In this document: one piece after another, positions 40,743 to 56,652 of the stretch
Layout of the letters: each line of letters begins with the position of its first letter
How positions within the stretch are numbered: position 1 is the first letter of the stretch
Origin: Camelus ferus
Taxonomy: Eukaryota
Length of the DNA: 64,000 bases
NCBI RefSeq assembly: GCF_009834535.1
Contig: NC_045697.1
Location: 1,924,001-1,988,000, forward strand
Reading direction: 5' to 3'
Program-made: the position numbers and the translations under genes
The notes under the pieces: model-generated
Seen by the model: only the letters and a program-made list of their open reading frames with translations
What the model was told of the DNA's origin: nothing
Database searches by the model: none

Positions 40743-40920
40743 GCGCTGTCCTGGCATTTGGTCCACGAGCGGATCCCACTGAGTTTGGACCTGCAGGCGG
40801 GCCTGGACTGCTGCTGCCTGGCTCTGCAGCTGCCCAGCCTCTGGAGCGCCCTCTCCTCTCCGGAGATGGTGACCCACGCCTGCTCCCTCATCCACTGTGT
40901 GCGCTTCATCCTGGAAGCCA
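40743..40920 (+). CDS. HTT: HTT exon 50 (178 nt) [26 protein letters not shown]...VRFILEA
   Basis: ccacag|GCG ... GCCA|gtgagt. Confidence 0.95.
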
Positions 40921-41897
40921 GTGAGTCCACGACCATGGGGTTTCTGTCCTATGTCATCGAAACCAGTAGTCAGCTCCGAACAGCGAGCCACAGTTGTTTG
41001 CTCTGTGCCACCTGCTCGCCAGGTGCTGAGTTAGGAGCCGGGGGGTGGAGAGGTGGATAAAACACGGACCTGGCCTTAATCTCCAGCATCTTGGAGTCTG
41101 CTCTAGAATTTAGCTTGAATGTGCTTTTGTAGTCATTCATTTAGATTTTGGAGTTCCAGCTTTCATAAAAATACTTGTAATTTGTGTCCTTTTGATCTCT
41201 GGTCCTAGTTGGTCGTTTCATCCTTTTAGTCCTAAATGATCATAAGACTAATACGATTACAGTAAAAAGGTTACTTGTTTTCTGTCATAGTTAGAAGTGC
41301 TTGTTTCTGCGCTGCATTGTAACACTAACATATCGTAAAATAAAAGTGCCGTTCTTTTCGAGGGACAGTGTCCTTAACAACGGTCATTAGCCAAAAAATT
41401 TTTAAAAATTGGACATTACAGTTCACATGTTAGAGGGTATTTTGAAGCTTTGTATTTTTAAGTTAAACATTATGGAGTGGTATTTTGAAGACTCGTTTGA
41501 ATTGTTTTCATCTGTGCCATTTGTAGTCGACTTGAAGACCAAGATCCAGGGAGTAATTTGTCAAAGCCAGACTTCTTGGGGGCTGCGTTGGTGCTTTTAG
41601 CAGTAACGAGTCACGAACTGTCCGATAAAAACCTTTGGGGAAAGAGCTGGGGACAGTGGAAGGACTTGCAGGTCCAAGTGTGGAGACCAAATCCTTGTGC
41701 ATTTCAGATTAACCTGGAGATTGATATCGAGTCGTGTTGTCTAGAATTATGTAAAGTCTATTCTAGGAAACCTAGCCTTCATTTGATGCAGTCTGTCGCT
41801 TCGAGATGTTATAAGTCTGCATGAATATGAAGATCTGAATTATAAGAGATGATAAAAATGTTTGAAAATTCTTCTGTCTTTTCTGTTACGGTTTTAG

Positions 41898-41993
41898 TTG
41901 TGGTGCAGCCTGGGGACCAGCTTCTTGGTCCAGAAGGGAGGACGAACACCCCAAAGGCTGCCAGAGAGGACGAAGTGGACTCAGACGCTCCGA
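41898..41993 (+). CDS. HTT: HTT exon 51 (96 nt) IVVQPGDQLLGPEGRTNTPKAAREDEVDSDAP
   Basis: ttttag|TT ... CCGA|gtgagt; read directly from sequence. Confidence 0.93.
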
Positions 41994-44088
41994 GTGAGTC
42001 TCAGCGTCATTTCTTCTGACCTAGTTTCTTTGGGGGCTTGAAATTCATTCACGGAAGAAGCCCTTACAGCGGCCAGTGTGAACGCTGGACAGGAGAGCCG
42101 ACCTGACACAACTCGGTGCATTCTGTCACTGGTCCCCAAGCTGGAGGGCGACCACAGACACTGCCTTGCACGGCCCGGCACCTGCTCCTGTGCCCCGCGA
42201 CACCCGGGACGCCCAGTCTTCCCACCACCAGGCACCCCCCACCCCCCTACACCTCCTGCTTGCATGTCTTTGCCTGAGACTCTGTTCCGGTCCGCGTTGC
42301 CCCTGCTGTGCGCCGCGGGCAGTGTCTGTATGGAGGGAAGGGTGAACACGTGGGAGCACGGAGGAGCTGAAGCTAGAGAGCGTTAGGGGCCTGGGTGCTC
42401 TCTTTTCTGGTGGGCTTCCTCCTCTCCCTGTGGGAAAAACTCCACACCTTTCATGTAAACCTATTCCAGACGTAGACACGTAGCTTAGCTTTTCATGTAC
42501 TTTCCGCCAATTCAGGTATTTTACTCTGAAAATGGTGGCGAGGCAGATTGGGAGGAAAGCTTCTTGGCCAAGTGACTCCTTGTCACCAGGCCCTCCGGGC
42601 TCTTGGCCCGGGGGTCTGGCAGGAAGGCCCGCCTGCAGCCTGTCCCACCAAGGGGGAAGCAAAGGCCCGCCCAGCGGTTCTGGGCCATCTTGTCTTTGGA
42701 CACTCTTACGTGGAGTACCGAGGTCCTGTCCGTGGCCCGCTGGTGTGAGAAACGCGCTTCTGTAGCAGGTGCACCTACAGCCTGTGTACGTCTTGCCGCC
42801 TCGGCGCCGTCCCGGGTGCTGACGGCGTTCCCGTCGTCGGGATGAAGCACAGTTTTCCTCCCGCTTCTGCTCGAGGTCCTATGACCGCACAGCCGTCCAG
42901 AGCAGTGACTTCCCCTTGCCTGGCTCAGCTCTCCTCCAGGCGTCTACCTCGAGGCTGCGCGGTTCTGCCAGCCCTTAGTTTGTGACGGATGATTTCTTGC
43001 TAATGCCTGAGGAGCATGCAGATGCTCACTCCCTGCTTGGCCACCTTCTGGCTGGGTGGCCTCAGCGAGCTTCTGTCTCGTGCGTCTGTAGTGCAGACAA
43101 GGGCAGGACTCACCTGCTGGGGCCAGCGCCGCGTTATGTAAATGAATACGTGTAAAGCACCCACGGCAAGCTGCAGGCTTGCCGTGGGTGCTCAGTGAGT
43201 GAGACCATATTTCATTTATGGTTTGAACTTCCATCCGTCTGAGGACAGTTCAGGCGTTTCTCAGGTTGAGTCGGAGCAGCCAGCCCACTGGCGGGAGCAC
43301 CTTCAGTGTGGGTTTCTGTAATTGCGCTCGCTCTCCACGGCCCTGTTTAGGCCGGTTAATTTCACCCTGGCCAGAGGAAGAAGCTTGCTTGCTTTATCAC
43401 CTTGATGGGATGATACGTCTTAAAGATGATCCCTTAAGTCTTACTTAAGCCACCCTCGTGTCTCTTAGTTTGGGGCTCAATTCCTTAAGTCCAGCGGAAA
43501 TTCCTTCTCTCTGGGAGGAAGTTGTCTGTACTGCTGAATCTCGTGGACGTGGACACTGCCCACCCACGACCCTCCTCATTTGTCAGCTCAGCAAGTCACT
43601 CTTTGGCACACACTCTGAGCCAGACTCAAAGGGAGTAAGCAGCCGTCCCTGCACTTGAGGTGCAGCGCTTCTCACCTCGGGACGTGGGGTTTTCTCAGCA
43701 TTCTGCCTCATGACTTCCCGGGTGGGACCCAGAGTCCCATCAGAACCCCTCCACCAGCCACGAGAACTGCAGTCTTGGGGAACCATGACCAGTGATTGTA
43801 ACATGTTCTCTGCGCACCAGCGTAGTGACCAGCACAGGGTCCTGGGGAACCAGAGAAGCCAGAGCACTGGGACCCAGTTCAAGGGGACGGCAGGAGTCCT
43901 GGCAGACTTGGGAGGACTGCTTTTTTGGACGGGATGAAGGCGGGAGGGTGTGCCGGCCGTCAGCCAGCAGCTGGAATCCTCGGGGCCTCCACGTCCCTGG
44001 TGAGGTGGTGGTGGGAGGCTGGGGAGACTGGGAGGGGAGGCGGCAGTCCTGGGGTGTGTTCCTGTCTTAACCACGTGTGTGTTTTCAG

Positions 44089-44276
44089 CTCCTCAGTGTG
44101 TTACTGCCGCCTGTGTGATGGTGGCTGAGATGGTGGAGTCCCTGCCATCGGTGTTGGCCTTGGGTCATGAAAGGAGCCGCAGCACCCCGGCGTTCCTCAC
44201 GCCGGTGCTCCGGAACATCGTCGTCAGCCTGGCCCGCCTGCCCCTGGTGAACAGCTACACGCGCGTCCCGCCCCTG
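44089..44276 (+). CDS. HTT: HTT exon 52 (188 nt) [18 protein letters not shown]...[20 protein letters not shown]; includes the C-terminal nuclear export signal region
   Basis: tttcag|CT ... CTG|gtaagt; [10 protein letters not shown] corresponds to the human CRM1-dependent NES IIISLARLPL. Confidence 0.95.
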
Positions 44277-45435
44277 GTAAGTCTGGGCCCCCCTTCACAG
44301 AAGCGCGAGATCTGGGGGGCTCATAGGAAGCCATGGGCTCGGGGGTGCTGGAGGCTGAAGCCAGGTCTTGTCTGCTCAGGTGCCCGTTTGTGGCGGCCAG
44401 AGCATTTGCCACGTGCAGCCTTGACACCTGCCTGGTTCCCTCGGGCGTGAAGTGTCTTGGCAGTTAGTAGAAATACTCAGTTTTCTAAAACGAGGTGAGG
44501 CGTTCCATCATGAGATAAGACTTCACCTCCGAGGGCGCCGGCTGTGATTCTAAGGCCGTTTGACTAATATGTTTCATGGGGGAGCAGAAATTCCACCCCT
44601 CGGGCGAGGGTCCCCTGTAAGTAGTCACCTTTGGGAGTGCTCGTGGGTTTTAGCCGCTTTTGCAGCTTGACTGCTCTTTGAAAGTCTTCAGGGTGAGGTT
44701 CAGGTGGGTGTCGTTAATAAACCTGGCTTCAGGTCACAGAGCCTGGGTGGGCAGGGCGAGGGCCGAGAGGGAGCTGGGCTGGCCTGTCCCGGGGCAGCTG
44801 CTGAATGGGGGAGACAGGGCGGTGGGCTGCCCTGTGCGGGGCTGGAGCCAGCGGGGGCAGGCCAGCAGGGCCGGGAGGAAGGCCCTTGTCACTGCCTGGA
44901 AAGGGCGCAGCCCCTGTGCGTGTGGAAGGTTCTGCAGGCATGCCGGGGAGGCGATGTGAAGGGGGCTTTGCTGTGGGAGGTGAAAGTTCCCACTCAGGGG
45001 CTCATTCTGAGGAAAAGCCCAGCGGCGTGATGACCCGGGAGCAGGGAGCTATGGGCAAGTGTGGAGCCCAGCGCCTCCTGCTGCCTCCGGCTGGCCTTCC
45101 GTTCCTGTGCTCGTGGGAGCCTGGGCAACGCTGACTCAGTGTGACAGCTGTGGGCGGCCTGGCTCGTCCTGTGCTGCCCCCAGCAACGTCTCTGCACACA
45201 GTGGAGCTTGTCCTGACACCTGCCAGCCTCTAACGGTTGGAGGCAGCTGAGAACCCAGCACGCGTGGTGCTGGCGGCAGGTGTGGGAGGCACACCTACTG
45301 GCTTTTGGGAGTGTCTGCGTCCAAGAGGCGGTGGCCTCGGGAGGGAGGCTGTGCTTCAAGAGTGTTTTCTTGTCTTCCTCACAATCCAGTCTTCCTGACT
45401 TGACTCTGTCTACTGTTTCTTTTTCATCCTCTTAG

Positions 45436-45876
<441 letters not shown>

Positions 45877-46004
45877 TGAGCGCCTCCTTATGTGACCACC
45901 GACACCCCTTCTCTCGTGGGCAGGACCAGCAGCCGGGGGGGCGGGAGCCAGCGTGGGCCGGGGGAGGTGGGCTCTAGGGAGACCGCGCTGGGCTCTGCGT
46001 GGCA

Positions 46005-46145
46005 GGGCAGGTCTTCTTAGCCTCTGGGAGACACCCCCGGCTTTGTCATCTGGGAAGTGGGGACTGTGCCAGTTTCATGGAACTGCTGCAGATTTAGAAA
46101 TTAAAAGATGCATCTAACACAGCGCCTCAGGAAGCGGTAGCATCA
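46005..46145 (+). mobile_element. MIR-like fragment
   Basis: cttagcctctg...tcatctgggaagtgggg...aaagatgcatctaacacagcgcct. Confidence 0.45.
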
Positions 46146-47388
46146 CTGGTTTCCCATCAGGATGCTTCTCTGCTTTCCGCAGCTGGGTGTAAAGGTTTGT
46201 CCCCACCTTATGGCTGGAGGTATGGCCCGGCGCATGTGGGGGTTGCCATCGGTGGATCCCCTGTGGCTCCGCCCTGTCGGACGTTTCTCAGCCCGGTTGT
46301 CCCTGAGCGCAGCGTGGGCGCGCTGACTCCACGTCCGGCCGGCCCCCCTCTTCCGGCTCCTGCGGGTCTGTGCTTGCTTTGATCCTGGAAGGTTCAGGCA
46401 GCAGACACCTTGTGCCCCTGCTTTTCCCTTAAGTCAAGCAGACGATTCCTCCCTGTTCAGAATGTCTGAGCAGCAGTCTGTTGCGTCTCCCTCTCGAGGC
46501 TTTCCTTCTTCCTTCTCCCGAGAGTGTCCCCAGGCAGCCTCCTGGTTCCCCACCCCAGCTTGACTCCAGCTCTCTTGTCCGCCCTCGGCGTCCCCACGCT
46601 GGAGCCGTCAGCCATACCTGCAGGCCCCGGACGGCCCTGCGGTCTTTTCCTGGTGTCGCCTTTGCCGTCGTCCTTGTTCCTTGTCCTCTTTTGTTCTGTG
46701 TAGACCGTCACGTTGGTCTGTCTGCATCTGTGCCCTGCTGTCCTGTCTGTCTCTGTAGCTGAGTCTGTGTCTGAGTCAGTCTACACCCAGGTTACCAAGA
46801 ACACCCTGAAGTCTGACACTTTGGTTTCCCTGTCAGCACCCCCATTCTTGTCACTTGTTACCCGAATGCAGGTGGCGTGGCACCCCCACCCCCACGGTGA
46901 TGAGTGGAAACGTTAGCGCAGCCCTCAGCACCGTGTGTGGAACAGCACTTGAGCTCAGCTCGTGCTGGCGCCGAGGATGCCTGTCGGGCGCCTTCCCCAA
47001 AGCCCCCTCGCCGTCCCGCCAGTGACAGGCCTTTCCCACCTGCTGCCCTTCCAGACGGCGTCAGAGGAGCCCTTGCTTTAACTTGCTTGCCTTGCACGCA
47101 GAGCTTCCGTGACACACACTCCACCACCCAGCGTGCTGTGCAGTGGTGTGTGCCCTGAGTCTGCACCCAGTGCGAGACGCCCCTTTACTCCTCCGAGTCC
47201 ACACAGTGGGGATTGAGAAGGCACCTCTCCACCAGGCCACCTGGGCGAGGCTGGCATTGTGGCCGCATCCCAGCGCTGTCGTGAGGATTGAGGGAGCTGC
47301 TGTGCACGAAAGCTGGCGGCCCTGCTGCCATGACGTGTCCAGCAGTGTGAGCCAGGGGACTCTGCCTAATGGACGTCTGCATTCCTAG

Positions 47389-47489
47389 GGTGGACCAGCC
47401 GCACCCAGTTTGAGGAAACATGGGCCACCCTCCTTGGTGTGCTGGTGACTCAGCCCCTTGTGATGGAGCAGGAGGAGAGCCCGCCGGAG
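47389..47489 (+). CDS. HTT: HTT exon 54 (101 nt) [33 protein letters not shown]
   Basis: tcctag|GG ... GAG|gtgagg. Confidence 0.96.
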
Positions 47490-48198
47490 GTGAGGCTGCG
47501 GGCGTGCCTGTGCCGCTGCCGGGCACGCTTAGTCACAGCAGCATGCGCGTCGCCAGCCGCAGGGCAGGGGGCAGCCAGCGCAGGCTTCTGTCTGAGGGCG
47601 GCCAGCCCGCGTCTGCGCTGCTGTTGAAGCAGGAGCGAGCACCCCGGCCCGGGGGCCCTCAGGCGCCTGCGGCTGGAGCACATTTACCACCAAGCAGATC
47701 ACATTCTGCTTCCCAGTGTTGGGGCGCAGCGGTTTCAACATCTCATCCAGACGCGAGGTGCGCTGTGAAGGCTGCGCGCACGTGCCTGGGCTCGTTTGCC
47801 TTCGCTGCTTTGCAGAGAGGAGGCATGTCAGAAGTCCCCGAGATTGTCTTTCACAGGTGTAGAAGCTAACAGGTTGTCAAATGCAAAGCCCCTAAAATCA
47901 GTGAGGATGTCAAGGACTTTTTCTTTAAAAGTAGTTCATATTTGGAGGTCTGTGCCATAGGAGACCTTGCTTTGAAAAGCAGGCGTTTGCCCATGAGATT
48001 CACTTCCAGTCACAGCTCTGATGAACTTAACGCAGACAGAATAGGACCATGGCCGGGAAGGCATGTCCCTCCGTGGCACACGGGGCTCCTGCGTGCAAGG
48101 CCAGGTGGCCTGACAGCCATGGCCTGCAGCATCTGCCTGCAGGTGGGCAGCGGTGGTCGTTGGCGTCACAACCAGGTGACGTGTGGGCTCCCTTCCAG

Positions 48199-48353
48199 GA
48201 AGACACGGAGAGGACCCAGATCCACGTCCTGGCCGTGCAGGCCATCACCTCCCTGGTGCTGAGCGCGATGACTGTGCCCGTGGCCGGCAACCCAGCCGTG
48301 AGCTGCTTGGAACAGCAGCCCCGGAACAAGCCCCTGAAAGCCCTGGACACCAG
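48199..48353 (+). CDS. HTT: HTT exon 55 (155 nt) [19 protein letters not shown]...KPLKALDTR
   Basis: ttccag|GAA ... AG|gttcgc. Confidence 0.96.
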
Positions 48354-48472
48354 GTTCGCCCGCGTTGCTGCATGTCTCCAGGGCCCCGCCTGTGGTGGGG
48401 GCAGAGGGGCGCCAGGGCGCCCTTTCCTCTGCTGCCAAGCTTAAAAACAAGGCCCCTGCACGTGCTGCCTAG

Positions 48473-49261
<789 letters not shown>

Positions 49262-50080
49262 TGAACAAACAGTATTTTAGCCTGGAGTTTTGTGATTCCT
49301 GAGGTTTTATTAGGAGTTGTTAGATCCTGCAGGCTTAAGCGTCTTGAAAGCTCTGCCTGGAAGAGCTACTCTGTGGAAAGGCGGTGTGTGCGCCCCAGGC
49401 TTTGACGGGCATCTAATTAAACTGAGGGCCGTGACCCTGGATGGTGTGGGCCCTCGAGGAGCTTATGGCTGATGGAAGAGATGACAGGTGGCGTCACTGG
49501 CCAGCGCAGAGGCAGGAGGGCAGGTGCAGAGGGGGCACGGGACGAGGAACGCTGGGGAGAGCCCGTGCCTTTGGGGGGAGGGGCAGGCCTCTTGGAAGAG
49601 GGCATCTTGGTGCTGGCGAGGTTGGAGGGCAAAATGGTGCCTGGCAGAAGGAAGTGAGGGGTCACTTGGGGGCATGGAGGGTGTGAAAGACAGTGAGGGG
49701 TTCGTGGGAAGATGGTCAGCCTACACCTTGCTCCTGGTGGGCTCGACTGGACAGTCCGGTCACCGAGGCCAGTTCCGGGAGGTGCTGACCACAGACTCGC
49801 CCTCTGGCCCCAGGGGCTCGCCAGCTGGGTGGCTGCTTCATCCACAGCTACTCACTCTTAGGCTTTTGTAGCTCAGCCCACAGCCGGTTCCCGTTTAGGG
49901 TCTGAAGCTGGTTTGTCGTGGAGAAGAAATGACAGTTGAGTCACCGCTGCTCCACTGGTCCTTCCCACCTAATGGTCATGGAGCAACAGAGGAAGCCCTG
50001 AGCTCCTGGGGTCGGACCAGGCAGGGCGGGACGCAGTCCTGGTGGCCGGGGGTGGCACTGACTGCACTGTCTCCCCACAG

Positions 50081-50163
50081 GTGCCCTCGTCAGCCACGAC
50101 AAGCTCCTGCTGCAGATCAACCCCGAGCGGGAGCTGGGTAGCACGGGCTACTTGCTTGGCCAG
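50081..50163 (+). CDS. HTT: HTT exon 57 (83 nt) [27 protein letters not shown]
   Basis: ccacag|GT ... CAG|gtcagc. Confidence 0.95.
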
Positions 50164-51140
50164 GTCAGCCTCGCCGCCCCCTTTTCCTCTGCTGCCTGCC
50201 CTCGGCTCGTTGGGCCGGTTTCCGTCTGGAGGAAGCTTGAATGCATTTATAAATAGGAGGAAGGTTTGCTTTAATTTGTTTTACTTAACATTCTTCAGTC
50301 CCAGGAGGCTCTAAGGTGCTTTCCGTCTGTAATGATAAGCGTAAGTGGAGCAGCGAGTGAGCGTCGGTCTGTGGGGAGAAAGGGGGACGTGGGAGGACGT
50401 GGGAGGACGTGGACCCGTCGGAGGGGACATCCCAGTGGCCGGCCTGGTGGGAGGCGCGGTGGCACAGCCGGTGTGGCGGGGGTGGTGGCTCCTGGTGCCA
50501 GGTCGCCAGGTTGATGTTTACTGGGAAGGTCACTGTACACTGCATCCAGTTCCTCCAGAAAAGTGGGGACAGTCAGGCGGGGAGGGTTCAGTGTGGCACT
50601 GGGCTGAGGCTGGGTGCTGCTGTTAACACGGGCTTCCTCTCAGCACCGTGCTGGTCCCCTTAGCAAGCAGGGCTCTGTTCCCACACCGTGCTGCCCCCCT
50701 TAGGTTCTCCCCCAGGGGCCCAAGCGACTCCCTACCCTGCCCTCTCGGGATAAGCGCATCACCCTTTGGCATCTGTAGGGAGCAAACAATTCAGAAAAAT
50801 GGGGTTACCATAAATGACTACCAGCGAGAGGGCCAGTTTTGAAAAGAAATCCCACGTTCGGTTTCAGTTTTTGCCAACTCCTTATTCTGATGTCCCTCAG
50901 GAGTGGAAGTGTCCTTTCTTAGAGACTCCTCAGCCGCACCTGTGTGGCTGACTGCCCCTCATTCTGGGTCTTTAGTCCCCAAGGCGGAGCTCTCCAGCCC
51001 TGCTCCCCCATCTGCCCAGAACCCCTGGGTCTGGATGAGCCCTGCTAGGTGGTGGGGGCCCACTCGCCTCGGGCCTCGGGCCGTACCTGCAGCTCAGTGG
51101 CCCAGCCTCAAGGAACCCGCTGCCTGGCCCTGAGCGCTGA

Positions 51141-51628
<488 letters not shown>

Positions 51629-51674
51629 TGAGCAGCGGCCCCCCGACCGCCAGCCCCGGAGGAGCGTTGATGTG

Positions 51675-52410
51675 GAGCGGTGGTTCTCCAGCAGTCGGCC
51701 TGGCGAGTCCTTTCCACCCTTGAGATTAGTGGGGACCCCAGAGAGCGCTGGTTCCTGGGGTGACACCCACCAGTGCTTGCAGAATTGGGAGGTGTTTTAA
51801 AACAGCTCCTTACCCAGCGCTGGCCTCTCTGGGTCACTCGGCTCGGCCAAAAGGAGAGTGCCCGGTGACCGACCATCCTCGCTCTCTGTGCAGCACAGGG
51901 TTTTGTTTTCTGCCTAAAGATGTCTCTTTTTGGTAATGACGAAGTTTTTTTTTAAAAAGTCTGTTTTTCTCAATATTCCTTTAAAGGTTTTTAAGTTGTT
52001 TCAGATCTGGTTAAGTTGAGATTTTTTTAAGAACTGTAATTTTAATTTGCAATGTAAGTTACAAATTGATTCAAAAAAGTCAACAAGCGGCAAGCACTGC
52101 TAAAGATCTTAAATTGAAAACAAGGAGTTATTCATTTAAAAATAAAAGTAGTAACAATTACTATTTAAAACAAATTTAAGTAATGAGAAGAGCCTTGTTG
52201 TACATTTTTGCAAGTCTCTTTCACGTCTGGCTCATCAGAAGTCAGCTGGCTGCTCCCATCTGCTCTGCATTCAGTCTGTATCAGGTGACGCCTAGGGAAC
52301 GCCAGCGTGCGGCTGGGAGGGCGCAGGAGAGACGAGCCAGCAGGTCTTAGTGTCTCTGGGAAATGGTTTTGACCTTGTGACCCAGAGGCTTTCAGGCGTC
52401 CACCCACCTA
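51675..52410. mobile_element. hAT-Charlie (Charlie1-like) DNA transposon fragments
   Basis: aatgagaagagccttgttgtacatttttgcaagtctctttcacgtctggctcatcagaagtcagctggctgctcccatctgctctgcattcagtctgt at ~52180-52280; cggtggttctcc TIR-like start at ~51678. Confidence 0.6.
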
Positions 52411-52659
52411 GGACCTCCTTCAGCCGCTTTGCTGACTCCTGTGGCCTGGCGGAGGGGCTGCCCCAGCCCCCCACGCGCGTCAGATCAGGGGCCTTCACAC
52501 CCAGCTGATGTTCATGTTTTGGTGTAATGTGCAAAACAGAGCATTTTGGGGTGACAAAAGAACCATTGCCTGAGCACTTATTTCTGAAAGTCACCCACTC
52601 CCCTCTTTTGGGGCCTTCGAGAGCCCGTCCCCTGGCTGCCAGGCACTTCCAACGCCAGT

Positions 52660-53311
<652 letters not shown>

Positions 53312-55248
53312 TGAGCCTGTGTGGGGCTCAGGTTGTCACAGTTGTACCACCAGGTCCTCAGGTTGTCACAGTGCCGTCCCCGCATGGGCTCCACGTGGCC
53401 GAGGGGTCCTGGCTGACAACTCCTGCACCGTCACCCACAACCCGCAGCGCCCTTTTCCCGTCTTCAAGTGCTGCAGACCCTGTGCTGCCCAGGTGACAGA
53501 GCCTCCTCCCGGGACCCTGCCCTCCCACCCCTAGAGCTGGACGCGGGTCTGTTCTGAGCGCGGGGCCAGGCAGGCCTTCTTCTGAGCCCTCCTTCCTTGT
53601 GCCCTGGTTGGTCAGGACCTGCCCGTGTCTGTGCTCCGGTCAGCACACATGTTGCTGAATGGATGTCATGTAGCCACATGAAGTACTTACCGTGGGCTCT
53701 GCTATTTCTTAAAGTGTATTAAAAATGTGACCCCATCTGCCTGAGGAGGCCAAGGCCGGGCATTAGGTACTTGCTCCTGACCAGCCGGGACTGGACAGAC
53801 GTGGGGCCTGAGCTGCTGTCTCTATGGGGGCCCTGACCCTCACCTCCTTCCCGACTGCTCCCCTCTAGAATTTCTCCCTCTGAGCCAAGGCCCAGGCAGG
53901 TGTCATCCTTCCTGGTTGGCCTTCAGCGCTGGTGCCACCATCCAGGGAACAGGGACAGTGAGTCCGTTGGCGCTCCTCCATGAGCACAGCTCTTCAAAAT
54001 GTGTGCTCTCTGGGTGTGGAGAGGGACGTGACAGCAGCTGGACTTGAAGGGGCCTTTCGTCTTTGCGGGAGTTTCAGCTGCTGGTAATTGTGCCTTTGTG
54101 CTCAGGCCTGGATCCCCACAGGCAAGTGTTGTGTTGTCAGGAAATCCAATGAGGAATCATTGTTTTTTAAAAAGAGGCTTAGGCCGGGTGACGCTGGGCT
54201 GCAGTGGTGGTGTGGTCTCCCTCAGGATGCGGCCTAAGGCCTCGGCCTGTGCCGCCTGGTGCAGCATCAGCATTCCAAAGCTTGTCTAGAGACATTGCCC
54301 CAGGGTTGTGGGAGCAGCACCCTCCCGAGGGTCCTGGTGGTGACTGGAGGCCTTGGCTTGGTGTGGGCGGGAGGAGGAGCCTGGCACTGTCCTCCCGCAG
54401 GGACTGCAGGACCCTGTCTAGGGAGGGTGCGGGCCGAACGGCCTCTGTGGTTTTGCAGAGTGAGGCGAGGCCCTCAGCCAGCAGTCGAGGCGAGTCCCTA
54501 GGTGGGGCGGCGGTCTGTGAAACCGCCGTGTCTGCCTCACCTCTGCGCTGGACGCAGTCATCTTCCCTGGGGAGGATCAGGTGCGGGGGCTCAGGTGTCT
54601 CCTTCACTCTGTCCTGGATGCTGAATGAGACGACGTCTTGGTCCACGTTAGTATAAACTGTGGTTGGGGTTCCCCAGGGCCATGCCTGGGTCTTTGTCAG
54701 AGGGACACACGGGGCTCACATACACTCACTCTGGGCCGTGATTTACCACAGGGAGAGGTTGCACAGCAAAATCAGGGAAGGGAGAGGCCGGCTGGGCGAG
54801 GTCCAGAGAGGAAACAGGCACCGCTTTCAGAACCCTGACCCATGGAGTCACACCAGCCACGCTCAGTCCCCCGGTGACACACTGTGACAGCACATGTGGA
54901 GTGCTGTCCCCAGGGAGGGTCCTTAGAGACTCAGCACCAGGGCTCTTATCGAGGGCGGGTCCTGCGGGCCCCCCTGCTGGGCACACACCAAACCCCAGCC
55001 CCAGGGGAGCGGGTGTCTGCTCAGTGGGTGAGCCCAGGGGGCCGCCCCATCGGTGAGGGTGCCAGGAGCCCTCCCGACATCCAAGCCCCGGAGCGCCAGC
55101 CCAGCGCCAGCCCCGCACCCGGGCCTCGTGGAGGATGGCGGGCAGCCCCACTGTGAGGACTGCGTTCTGCACACTGTGGAGTGAAGTTCCCCCTTCGTGG
55201 CTCCCGCCGCACTGTGGGGCTAGCCTCTGCTGTGTGCCTTTGCCCTAG

Positions 55249-55440
<192 letters not shown>

Positions 55441-55711
55441 TGAGTTGGGGCTGCCCGGCCTCCTGCTCTTGTGTTCCTCCCGGGCTTTTTCTGGGGTCTG
55501 ACCAGATGTGGGGGCTCTTAGCACGGGCAGTGAGAAGAACAATGTTACTCGTTTCAAAGCGGACGTCAGACTGGGGCCAGAGCGCAGGCAGGAGTTGGCA
55601 GGAACCCAGGCGGGCAGGTAGCCAAGGCGCTGAGACGGGAGGACGCCGCGTGCCATCAGACGGGAGCGGCCTGCCGTCTGTGGCTGAACCTGGCTGCTGT
55701 CTTGTTTTTAG

Positions 55712-55826
55712 CTGCGTAAACACCCACAGCCAGCAGCACGTGCTGGTGATGTGCGCCACTGCCTTCTACCTGATTGAGAACTACCCTCTGGACGTCGGGC
55801 CAGAGTTCTCTGCGTCCATAATCCAG
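55712..55826 (+). CDS. HTT: HTT exon 62 (115 nt) [38 protein letters not shown]
   Basis: ttttag|C ... CAG|gtgagt. Confidence 0.96.
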
Positions 55827-55830
55827 GTGA

Positions 55831-56295
<465 letters not shown>

Positions 56296-56546
56296 TAGAG
56301 CAGGGGTGGCCAGGTCGAGGTCACAGAGCTGTCCGGGTGTCAGAACTGCGCCTGGGAGCGGGTCTGCAGACTGGCCGCTGCACCCTGTGCGGCTGGGCTG
56401 GGCTGGGCCTGGGCTGCTGGGGGCTCCCGTCACCTGGTTTCAGACCATCCCCGGGGGTTCATGAACTCTCGTGTGAGTTCCAGGCCCTGTGTACAGAGCC
56501 TGTCCGTTTTACAGTCTGCAGAACTCAGCGGCTTTATTTCATTCAG

Positions 56547-56652
56547 GAAAGGAGAAGGCCAGTCCAGGCAGAAGCTCAGGGCCCGGCGCTGCTGCCCCTG
56601 ACAGCGAGTCTGTGATTGTGGCCATGGAGCGCGTGTCTGTCCTCTTCGATAG
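56547..56652 (+). CDS. HTT: HTT exon 64 (106 nt) [35 protein letters not shown]
   Basis: attcag|GA ... AG|gtgaga. Confidence 0.95.

Noticed and set aside
44064..44072. TCTTAAC U12-like branch motif before exon 52
   Set aside because: The intron 51 donor is GTGAGT (U2-type); this is just a good ordinary branch point.
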